DNA from: Kiritimatiellia bacterium | GTDB taxonomy: Bacteria; Verrucomicrobiota; Kiritimatiellia; CAIQIC01; Lenti-01 | DNA length: 64,000 nucleotides | Reading direction: 5' to 3' | NCBI GenBank assembly: GCA_017540905.1 | Contig: JAFYAC010000029.1 | Coordinates: 14,171 to 78,170 of the forward strand | Part shown: positions 7,340 to 14,702 of the stretch, piece by piece | How the letters are laid out: each line of letters opens with the position of its first letter | Position numbering within the stretch: position 1 is the stretch's first letter | The notes under the pieces: generated by a model | Seen by the model: the letters and a program-made list of their open reading frames with translations, nothing else | What the model was told of the DNA's origin: nothing | Databases searched by the model: none | Translations under genes and position numbers: made by a program

Positions 7340-9339
7340 TTGGGCGTATCGCCCCCATTAGCCGCATGGGATTTGTTGGTTTTCGCCTCGGCCGGTTCGC
7401 GCCGCAGTCCCCCCACGGGGGACGGCCCCGCAGGGGCGGCGGACAGCAGGGGGGCATGGGTGCACAAGCCGCATAGTCCCCCCGACGGGGGACGGTGCGC
7501 GCAGCGCAATGCGGAAAGGGGGCCCGCGAAGGCAACGGAGGAGGGCGGCGACGGAAGGGGAGGACCTAGGAGCGCCAGCGACGACGGGCCGATTCCGTCG
7601 ACGTTCTCCGGGAGGTGCCGACCATTCGAGACCCGGCTTTGCGGGGCGAGCGGGCCGGGGTCGGGCGCCCTGTAGGGCCAGCAGCATCCCCCCATCAAAC
7701 CGACGCTCTCCACGGATGGGGGGGTGGTGATGGCCCGGAAGGTGAAGCGGTGAGAATGCGCCCGCCTGTGTCCCCCCTGCCCTCTCTCCCCCTGCCGGAC
7801 GCCGCATCGAAGAGGGGTTTGGGAGGAAGGGGGTCGGAGGGGGAGGGAGGGAAGGGGGGAAACAGGTTTGCCCCGGCCCATCAATCGAAACGAATCCACC
7901 GCATTCCCGACCGACGGAAGCCGGTTGAAGAGGAAACCGGCGCGTCCGGCGGTCGGCGTGCCACCTGCACGCGGGGACGTTGCCGTCGAGGTCTTGTCTG
8001 GCTCCGCCGCGCGTTCTTGGTGGCACGCAAAGGGTGGTGAGTTTGGGGGATGGTGGGCGGGTGCCTTGTTTACCGGTCCAAGCACGGGAGGGGCGGCGAC
8101 GTGCCGGACGGGGGGGCTTGGTCCGGCGTGGAGCCGCCCCGTCGCCGGTCGGCGGACCGCCTTGGGAGTCTGGTGCCCTTGTGGTGCCAGTCTACCAGGG
8201 CGAGGACGCCGGACGGCGGGAAACGGAACGGCGGAACGATGAGTCGCCCGGAGTGAAGGTCGGACGGGAGCGGAGCGCCGTGGGCGGGAACACCTGGACC
8301 GCCGCCGGCGGCGAAGCGGACGGGAGACCGCAACGGAGCGGAGAGTCTTCGTGGAGCCGCACCGCATCGGGGGGGCAGGGTGTCGGGGCGGCAGCCATGA
8401 GGGAGGCGGGTGGGCGCTTCTCGGCCGATCCTGCGGGCCGGCGGAGGCGCGTAGCGGTGGAGCCGTCCCGCGTGTCGGCCGTCGGTCGCGCCCGATCCGC
8501 GCGCGGCGCGTGTCGGGCGTGGAAATTGGGGGGACGGCCGGAGCGGGAATCCGTTGGCGGGACGCCGACGGATCCAGAGCGGAGGACGTAGCCTTGCGGG
8601 GGGGGTGGGGGTATCGGGGGCAAGCCCCCGTGCCGCGGGGTTCAAGGGGGCGCGTAGCCCCCTCGGCGGGGGGAAAGGGGCGCGCAGCCCCTGGGCGGGG
8701 GCTCCGGGGCGCGTAGCCCCGAAAGCAGGGGCGGGGGCGCAGCCCCGAAGCCGCAGGGGCTAGGGGCGTCAGCCCCAGTCGGGGGGAGAGGGGGCGTGCC
8801 CCCCTTGCCGGGGGGTAAGGGGCGCGTAGCCCCAGCCTGCCGCCGCGCGCAGCGCGTTCGCGGCTGCGAGGGGGCGAGGGGGCGAAGGCCCCCCGTGGGA
8901 AGCGTGGGAAGGGCGCCAGCCCGCGTCCCACGCGCCGCAAGCCGGGAGGGCGGCAGGGCGTCGGCCCGCGTCCGCCCGTCGCCGCGTGAGCGGCGGGAAA
9001 GGGGTGAGCGCCCGCCCCCTGCGGAGCGCCAGCGACAAGGGGGGCCGGAGGGACGCGCAAGCGGCCCGGAGTGGGGCGCGGTCGCCTTTGGGGGGGCGGG
9101 GGTACGGGGGCTGTGCCCCTGTAGTACGGAGACGGGAGGGGGGGTGCGCCCGCCCCCAGAGGAGCGCCAGCGACGAAGGGGGTCGAGCCGACGCGCCAGC
9201 GGCGGCGAAGTGGGGCGCAATCCGCTTTTGCCTCCCTCGGGGACGCGGAGCGTGGGGAAGGGGTGTGGGGGAACGGGCGGAGGGGGTTCCCCCACAAGTG
9301 GCAGGGGCGGGCCGGTCGTGGCCCGTCCCTGCTCTGTTC
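7340..9339. other. ~2-kb ORF-poor, G-skewed (plus strand), hairpin- and repeat-rich segment
   Basis: Every ORF in all six frames translates to R/G/P/A-rich low-complexity text. The segment contains dense GGGG..CCCC hairpins, G-run tracts (for example 7813-7859) and internal repeats. Confidence 0.5.
8616..8893 (+). repeat. degenerate ~29-nt tandem array of GGGGC-N4-5-GCCCC hairpins (9 units)
   Basis: Hairpins start at 8616, 8646, 8677, 8706, 8734, 8763, 8790, 8819 and 8878. The consensus is GGGGCGCGTAGCCCC. Confidence 0.6.
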
Positions 9340-9723
9340 TCAATCGCCCCACTCGACGGGGACGGCATCGTCGACGCCTCGGGTGAGGCTGCGCAAGTCC
9401 ACCTCGGCACGCCAAACCCGCACCCAAAACCCTACAAGCTCGCCAAAGCGCACCCCGCCCTTTTCGGTGCTGTGCTCGCGCTCGGTCTCGATGGCGTAGG
9501 CCTCCGCTTGCGAGGGCCATTCGCACCTGCACTTGTCGGGGTTCGCCCGTGGCCCTCCCTTGTGGGAGTAGTCCGGCGTTCTGTCGGCGTTCATGTAGTA
9601 GGCGCGGCAATCAACGTAGAGATTCGGCCCGCGGGCCTTGTCTCGGAGGAATCGCGCCAGTTCTTCACGGGTCAACAGGCGGTCCGGGTCGGTGACTGCT
9701 TCGAGGGTCATGTAGATTTTCAT
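9340..9723 (-). CDS. hypothetical protein (127 aa), third gene of the PRTase operon
   Basis: ORF MKIYMTLEAVTDPDRLLTREELARFLRDKARGPNLYVDCRAYYMNADRTPDYSHKGG... A GAGGAGG RBS precedes the start. It begins 12 nt after the upstream gene. Confidence 0.6.
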   Translation of the reverse strand: MKIYMTLEAVTDPDRLLTREELARFLRDKARGPNLYVDCRAYYMNADRTPDYSHKGGPRANPDKCRCEWPSQAEAYAIETEREHSTEKGGVRFGELVGFWVRVWRAEVDLRSLTRGVDDAVPVEWGD

Positions 9724-9735
9724 CGGTGGGCCTCC

Positions 9736-10020
9736 TCAAGAAATGATGCCGTCGGCGTAGAACGCCCCGCGCGAGCCTGCAACCGTCGCGGCCTCCATCA
9801 CGCGCGCGAACGTCGCCAGGACGAAAGCAAAAGCCTTGTCTTCGCAGTAGCCCAGGGCGGCGACCTCTTCGAGCGTGGTCTTTTCGGTGATGTCCCCATC
9901 TGCCACCCCAGCCTCCAGCCAAAGGCTAAAATCGTCCTCGTCATTGACGCATCGGGCGACCAGTTCCATAGCCTTAACAAGGCGGGCGCGGCGTTCGGTT
10001 TTCTCGTTCATCGTGGTCAT
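9736..10020 (-). CDS. hypothetical acidic protein (94 aa), second gene of the PRTase operon
   Basis: Internal ATG of ORF 9736..10203, giving MTTMNEKTERRARLVKAMELVARCVNDEDDFSLWLEAGVADGDITEK... The part of the ORF upstream of this ATG is P-rich and not protein-like. Confidence 0.55.
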   Translation of the reverse strand: MTTMNEKTERRARLVKAMELVARCVNDEDDFSLWLEAGVADGDITEKTTLEEVAALGYCEDKAFAFVLATFARVMEAATVAGSRGAFYADGIIS

Positions 10021-10054
10021 GGTGTCGTGTCCTTTCTGCCGGGGGTCCGGCGGT

Positions 10055-10876
10055 TCATTTTTCAAACAGGGGGAGGGCCGCGGTGGCTTCCACGTCCAAG
10101 TCCGGGAGCAGTCGCGCGGGGGTGTTGGTGGTGTTGGCGAGGGCCAGCAGGGCCGCACCGGGAAGCGCTTCGAGGGCGGCGCTTGCGGTGGCGCCCGTGT
10201 CAATGACGTTATCGAGGATGACGGTGGGGCGGTCCGTCGGCGGTGTGCGGATGGCGCGCATGGAGATTCGGGCGGGCTTCTGGCCGCGCTTCTTCTGGGT
10301 GTAGTTCGCTTCGTGGGGATTGGAGCGGAGCGCGTCTAGGACTTCGGCATCTGGCGCGAGGGCGGCGATGGCGTCCGCGAGTGCCCGGATGGTCGTGGGG
10401 TAGCCGTGGCGGGACGGCATGGGGACAATGACGGCACGGCGCGGAAGCAGGGGCGCGAGGCGGCGGGCGCTCTCCTCAATCGCCGCGAGCGCACCGCTCT
10501 TGACTTCGCGGGCGAGGTTCCGGAGGACTCCTTCGTAGCTGCCAAGCGTGCGCACCTGGGCGGGCCGGGCCGGACCGGCGGGGCGCGGCGCGTCGTTGTC
10601 GGCCGGTCTGCACCAGGCTTGCCGTCCGTTGTTCCATCGGTAGCCGTTCGCGGCGAGCATGGCGCGGTGTGGGTAGGTCGCGCCCCATACCCACACAAAA
10701 CCCTCCGCCACCTTCGAGCGGACGCCGGGAAGGGTTTCCACGCCGTCAAGGGCGGGCGTTTTTCGGATAGCTTTTGTGGGTCTCGCCCCTCTCTTCATCT
10801 GCGAGACTTCGAGCGTCCGGGGGGCGGCATTCTGGGGGAGAAAGCAAATGGACAAGGTGGTTTCGGTAGGGTTCAT
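10055..10876 (-). CDS. ComF-like phosphoribosyltransferase-domain protein with an N-terminal small W/Y-rich domain
   Basis: Internal ATG of ORF 10055..11119 (MNPTETT) with the RBS ACAGGAGAACC. The PRT motif reads PTVILDNVIDTGATASAALEAL, preceded by PMPSRHG...ANYTQKKRGQKPARISMRAI, as in ComF-type proteins. The N-terminal region reads FVWVWGATYPHRAMLAANGYRWNNGRQAWC. Confidence 0.65.
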   Translation of the reverse strand: MNPTETTLSICFLPQNAAPRTLEVSQMKRGARPTKAIRKTPALDGVETLPGVRSKVAEGFVWVWGATYPHRAMLAANGYRWNNGRQAWCRPADNDAPRPAGPARPAQVRTLGSYEGVLRNLAREVKSGALAAIEESARRLAPLLPRRAVIVPMPSRHGYPTTIRALADAIAALAPDAEVLDALRSNPHEANYTQKKRGQKPARISMRAIRTPPTDRPTVILDNVIDTGATASAALEALPGAALLALANTTNTPARLLPDLDVEATAALPLFEK

Positions 10877-10939
10877 GTAGGTTCTCCTGTTTTTTTCGGT
10901 AGCCTTTGTTGGGGTGGCTCGTTGCCCTCTCTTCACCCG
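10856..10939. repeat. left arm of ~80-bp imperfect inverted repeat (covers 5' UTR, RBS and first 7 codons of the PRTase gene)
   Basis: The reverse complement aligns to 11197-11271 at about 80% identity. The shared core is AAAAACAGGAGAACC-NNN-ATG-RACCC. Confidence 0.7.
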
Positions 10940-11196
10940 AACAGGCGTGCCGGTCCCGATCCCCTGGCCGGGGTCCCCTCGGGGTGGCCAAAGGGGTTCG
11001 GGATGATTTTCGGAAAGCTCAACTGGGGGGGAAAGGGGATGCCCCGCCCCCTGCGGAGAGACAAGGGGGGTCGAGCGTAGCGAGTGGGGCGCTTGCGCCC
11101 GCCCCCTGCGGAACGACAAGGGGGGTTGAGCCGCCCCGCGGCGAAGTGGGGGCGTCCCCCCGTCGGAGACCCTTACTTTCCGAAAATCAAGGTAGC

Positions 11197-11271
11197 CGGG
11201 TGGAGAGAGGGCAATGGGCCACCCCCGCCACCAAAAACAGGAGAACCGAAATGGACCCGGACGGAACCACC
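11197..11271. repeat. right arm of the inverted repeat, facing attR
   Basis: CGGGTGGAGAGAGGGCAATGGGCCACCCC..AAAAACAGGAGAACCGAAATGGACCC..GGAACCACC. An inner 13-bp perfect inverted repeat is also present: GATTTTCGGAAAG at 11005-11017 and CTTTCCGAAAATC at 11176-11188. Confidence 0.7.
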
Positions 11272-11544
11272 CCGCCGCATTCCCCCAGAATGCCGTCCCC
11301 CGGACGCGATACCTTATTGGGCTGGCACGATTCCGGCACGGGTTGGCACGATTCCACCGCGGGCGCTCCGGACGCTCCCTCGCTTGGTGACGTTTGGTGA
11401 CGCCTCAAGGTGTGAAAAGGTGCCAAAAGGTGCCTTTTCGGCCTCTCCCGCGGAACTTGCGATTTCCGCCAAAAACTACGCAAGCGCGCTCTCTGCAAGG
11501 AGTAGCGCGCTTGTCCCCTCCACCCCCTTTCCCCCGTTCATGTC

Positions 11545-11591
11545 ATTTGTAATCAGCAGGTCGTCGGTTCGAATCCGACCGCCGGCTCCAT
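11545..11591 (+). repeat. attR (displaced 3' part of tRNA-Thr)
   Basis: 46/47 identical to 487-533. There is no 5' half, so this is not a functional tRNA gene. Confidence 0.85.
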
Positions 11592-11617
11592 CATTTTTCG
11601 GGCGCCTTCCCGCCTCC

Positions 11618-13090
11618 CTACTCCCATCGCGACACCGGCCGCGGGTCGTACGCCGCCCGCAGTCCCTCCCCGACGAACACGCCCGCGAGCATCACCGCGA
11701 ACAGCGCCAGCGCCGGATACAGCGCCAGCCACCACGCCCACGGGAACTCCTGCGCCTGCGCCAGCAGCTCGCCCCAGCTCGGCGACGGCGGCGGCAGTCC
11801 GAAGCCCAGGTAGTCCAGCGCCGCCATCGACCCGATCGCCCCCACCAGCTGGAACGGGAAGAACGTCACCAGCGGCACCAGCGCGTTCGGCAGGATGTGG
11901 CGGAACACGATCTTCGGTCCCGACAGCCCGAGCCCCTGCGCCGCCTCCACGAACGGCTGTTTCCGCAGCCGCAAGAACTCGGCCCGCATGTAGTGCGAAA
12001 TCCCCACCCAGTTGAACAGCGCGTACACCCCCAGCAGCAGCCCGAACCCCTGCCCGTACACGCTCCCCAGCAGAATCAGCACGTACAAGAACGGCAGCGA
12101 CTCCCAAATCTCGATCACCCGCTGCCCCACCAGATCCACCGCCCCCGCGCAATACCCCTGCACCGCCCCCGCGAGCGTCCCGAGCCCCATCGTCGCGACC
12201 ACCAGCAGCAGCCCGAACGACAGCGACGTCCGCAGCGCGTACAGCATCCGCGCCGCCACGTCCCGCCCCGACGAATCCAGCCCCAGCGGATGCCCCTTCA
12301 CCGGCCGCATCGGGAACCGAACCTCCTCCCGCGACTCCCGGTGCGTCCATCCCGGCGTGCCCGGCGGCGGGAACCCCTCCGGCCACACCGGATTTTCCAC
12401 ATCATCCACCACCGCCTTCAGCGTCCCCCCCGCCACCGGCGCCTCCCGCCACGTCACCCGCACCCGCGACGGCGCCGCCCCGCGCGGCTCGTACGGCGAA
12501 AGCGCGACCGTCCGCCCCCCCTCCACCGCCCCCTCGACGGCCCCCGCCGCCTTGTCCGCCCGCCGCGCCGCCAGCCCCTCCCGCACCGCATCCGGCAGCG
12601 CCGCCTCGTCCACGACTCCGCCCCGTGCCAGCCCGAACCGCTCCGCCTCCCCGCCGACGCGCACGATCCGCCCCTCCCCGTCGATTTCCGCATACGCCGC
12701 ATGCTCCTCCGGAACCGCCACCACCGTCTTGACCTTCGGCAGCTCGATCGACCCCGCCGGAACGCTCTCCAGCGGCCCCCACCGCAGCAGAGGCCACACC
12801 ACCACCGCCCCCTCGAACGCCCCCGCCTTCTCCAGCGCCCGCCAATCCGGCCGCGTCATCCGCCCGCTCCCGTTGAATGCATCCTCCGGATAGAACTTCA
12901 CCACCGGCCAATAACACTTCCCCCCCATCCGCACGAACAGCGGCCTGTCGTTCGCGATCCACTCCGAAAACAGACTCACCCCATACCCCGCCACCAGCAC
13001 CCAGAACGCCCACCACGCCCGCCGCATCCCCCGAAACCTCGCCCACCGCCGCTTGGTGATCGGGTGAAGCCTCATATTGATTCTCCGCAT
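11618..13090 (-). CDS. yejE: ABC transporter permease, YejE-like (Opp/Dpp-type inner-membrane component) with enlarged periplasmic loop
   Basis: ATG at 13090 within ORF 11618..13687. The N-terminus FVRMGGKCYWPVVKFYPEDAFNG resembles YejE. The C-terminal BPD_transp_1 region reads SHYMRAEFLRLRKQPFVEAAQGLGLSGPKIVFRHILPNAL. Confidence 0.8.
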   Translation of the reverse strand: MRRINMRLHPITKRRWARFRGMRRAWWAFWVLVAGYGVSLFSEWIANDRPLFVRMGGKCYWPVVKFYPEDAFNGSGRMTRPDWRALEKAGAFEGAVVVWPLLRWGPLESVPAGSIELPKVKTVVAVPEEHAAYAEIDGEGRIVRVGGEAERFGLARGGVVDEAALPDAVREGLAARRADKAAGAVEGAVEGGRTVALSPYEPRGAAPSRVRVTWREAPVAGGTLKAVVDDVENPVWPEGFPPPGTPGWTHRESREEVRFPMRPVKGHPLGLDSSGRDVAARMLYALRTSLSFGLLLVVATMGLGTLAGAVQGYCAGAVDLVGQRVIEIWESLPFLYVLILLGSVYGQGFGLLLGVYALFNWVGISHYMRAEFLRLRKQPFVEAAQGLGLSGPKIVFRHILPNALVPLVTFFPFQLVGAIGSMAALDYLGFGLPPPSPSWGELLAQAQEFPWAWWLALYPALALFAVMLAGVFVGEGLRAAYDPRPVSRWE

Positions 13091-13101
13091 CTTTTCACTT
13101 T

Positions 13102-13587
13102 TCACTTTTCTCTGTTCTCTATCCGTCGTTGCCGGAAGAACCCCTTCAGCACCGCCGCGCACTCCCCCTCCAGCACGCCCGGCAGCACCTCCGCGCGGTG
13201 GTTCAGTTCCGGCGTCTGCAAAATCTTGAACCGCGACACCGCCCCGCCCCTGAGCGGATCGCTCACCCCCCACACCACGAGCGGAATCCGCGCCAGCACG
13301 ATCGCCCCCGCGCACATCGGACACGGCTCCTTCGTCACGTACAGGATGTGCCCCTCCAGCCGCCAATCCCCCGCCGCCGACGCCGCCTGCGTGATGGCCA
13401 GCACCTCCGCATGCGCCGTCGGGTCCTTCAGCGTCCGCGTCTGGTTCCACGCCTTCCCCACCAACTGCCCCGCCGCGTCGTAAATCACCGCACCGACCGG
13501 CACCTCCCCCTCCTCCGCGGCCCGCCGCGCCTGCCCCAGCGCCAGCCGCATCCGCTGCTCGTGCAGGAACCGGAACTCCTCCCCCAT
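13102..13587 (-). CDS. tadA: tRNA adenosine(34) deaminase
   Basis: ATG at 13587 within ORF 13102..13755. The deaminase zinc motifs are HAEVLAI ... PCPMCAGAI. The upstream part of the ORF is just a translation of the palindromic repeats. Confidence 0.85.
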   Translation of the reverse strand: MGEEFRFLHEQRMRLALGQARRAAEEGEVPVGAVIYDAAGQLVGKAWNQTRTLKDPTAHAEVLAITQAASAAGDWRLEGHILYVTKEPCPMCAGAIVLARIPLVVWGVSDPLRGGAVSRFKILQTPELNHRAEVLPGVLEGECAAVLKGFFRQRRIENREK

Positions 13588-13635
13588 CGCATCCGCCAGC
13601 CACCCGTTCACGCCGCCCTCCTTCCGCCATCGAAG

Positions 13636-13698
13636 TTTTCCAACCATTGGAAAAAAAGTTTCCAACCATTGGAAAAAATTTTTCCAATCATTGGAAAA
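13636..13698. repeat. tandem array (3 copies) of the AT-rich palindrome TTTTCCAA(C/T)CATTGGAAAA
   Basis: Copies start at 13636, 13659 and 13679. The same family is present at 38021-38146. Confidence 0.8.
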
Positions 13699-13720
13699 CT
13701 TTTCCGCCGCCAGTCCCACT

Positions 13721-13763
13721 CGATTCCATCGAAAGAATCGATTTTTTCGATACAATCGAAATT
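13721..13763. repeat. TCGA-rich palindromic repeat (core TCGATTTTTTCGA)
   Basis: CGATTCCATCGAAAGAATCGATTTTTTCGATACAATCGAAATTC. A related copy is at 33881-33921. Confidence 0.6.
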
Positions 13764-13867
13764 CATCCTTGTCCCCCTTTGTCCTGTTTGTCTTTCGAAA
13801 AATCCGTTTCCTTCAAAAGTTGTGCCGAGTTGTTTTTCCAAGTTGTCAAAATTGTCGTTCTGGATTT

Positions 13868-14581
13868 TCAATTTTGTCCATCTTGCAAATTTGTTTCTTG
13901 TTTTGTTTCTTTTGTTTCCCCCTTTTCCACCCTCACCACCCTGAACCCCACGTCCCTCCCCCTGTACCCCGCCGGGAACGCCTGCCGCTTCTCCACCCGC
14001 AGCGACGCCGCATCCGGCTCCGACCACGCCCCGCCGCGCGCCTCGTCCCCGTCCGCGACCCACTCGAACACGTTTCCCGCCATGTCGCGCAGCCCGTACC
14101 CGTTCGCCGGATACATCCCCGTCCGCGGCGCCGGCGCCAACGCATCCACGCACGCCATCTTACGCGGCTCCCCGCCCCATCCCCACGGCCACGGCGCCCC
14201 GCGCACGCCGCCGCGCGCCGCCCACTCCCACTCCGCCGACGTCGGGAGCCGCACCGTCCGCCCCTCCCGCTTCCCGAGCCACGCCGCATACCCCTCCGCC
14301 TCCGCGCGCGACACCTCCGATACCGCCGCCCGCCGCGACACCCCGCGCCGCACCTGCCACTTTCCGTCCTCCCCCCGCTCCAGCTGCGCCGTCTCCGCGA
14401 ACCCCGCCGCACCGCCGTCGTTCAGCCACTCCGCGAACTCCCCCGCCGTCACCTCGCACCGCCCGAACTCCAGCGCCGCCCCGTCCCCGCCCGGCACCGG
14501 CGGCACCCCGCGCCACGCCCCCCCGCAGCCGCCGCACAACAGCGCCAGCGCCACCAGCGCACCTGACCATTGATCGCCCAT
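13868..14581 (-). CDS. formylglycine-generating enzyme (SUMF1/FGE-sulfatase) family lipoprotein
   Basis: ATG at 14581 gives MGDQWSGALVALALLCGGC, which carries a lipobox. RLPTSAEWEWAARGG ... GLRDMAGNVFEWV is typical of the FGE-sulfatase domain. Confidence 0.8.
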   Translation of the reverse strand: MGDQWSGALVALALLCGGCGGAWRGVPPVPGGDGAALEFGRCEVTAGEFAEWLNDGGAAGFAETAQLERGEDGKWQVRRGVSRRAAVSEVSRAEAEGYAAWLGKREGRTVRLPTSAEWEWAARGGVRGAPWPWGWGGEPRKMACVDALAPAPRTGMYPANGYGLRDMAGNVFEWVADGDEARGGAWSEPDAASLRVEKRQAFPAGYRGRDVGFRVVRVEKGETKETKQETNLQDGQN

Positions 14582-14702
14582 GCCTCGTCCACTCGTCGTT
14601 TCGTTGTCTCGTCGTCCTCCAACCATTCAACCGCATCCGGCTTTGACAATCCAGCGGAAATTCGCATAATGGCCGCCGAACCATCCAACCAAGGATCGAC
14701 CG

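Larger units (their letters stand above)
487..11591. mobile_element. integrated ~11.1-kb genomic island / satellite-like element in tRNA-Thr
   Basis: Bounded by 47-bp direct repeats (487-533 and 11545-11591, one mismatch) that correspond to the tRNA-Thr 3' part. A tyrosine integrase sits next to the tRNA, followed by an HTH/PrimPol/helicase replication module and iterons. Confidence 0.8.

Noticed and set aside
8616-8893. CRISPR array (also considered for 38021-38146 and 13636-13698)
   Set aside because: The repeats are only about 15-19 nt and degenerate. The spacers are 4-15 nt and similar to one another. No cas genes are present in the window.
7312-9297. 661-aa minus-strand ORF spanning the G-rich region as a possible giant cargo protein
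   Set aside because: The translation is almost entirely P/R/A/G/S low-complexity sequence. All three minus-strand frames are simultaneously open here (also 8642-9610, 8769-9410, 8070-8645 and 7358-8026), which points to A/T depletion rather than selection. The coding strand would be C-rich, and the sequence is built from hairpins and tandem repeats. I did not reject it with certainty; a homology search should confirm.
7340-10876. Retron-like system (PRTase effector plus adjacent structured non-coding RNA)
   Set aside because: No reverse transcriptase ORF is present anywhere in the element, and I could not identify msr/msd-type inverted repeats bounding a template.
11251-11400. 50-codon ORF (MDPDGTTPPHSPRMPSPGRDTLLGWHDSGTGWHDS...) with a strong AGGAGA RBS
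   Set aside because: The RBS and first 7 codons are simply the duplicated copy of the PRTase gene start. Third-codon positions are not GC-biased like native genes. The body consists of repeated DNA motifs (TGGCACGATTCC twice, TTGGTGACG twice). It is therefore more likely regulatory DNA than a protein.
11545-11591. Second tRNA gene
   Set aside because: Only the segment from the anticodon loop to the 3' end is present, with no acceptor 5' strand or D arm. This is the att duplication.
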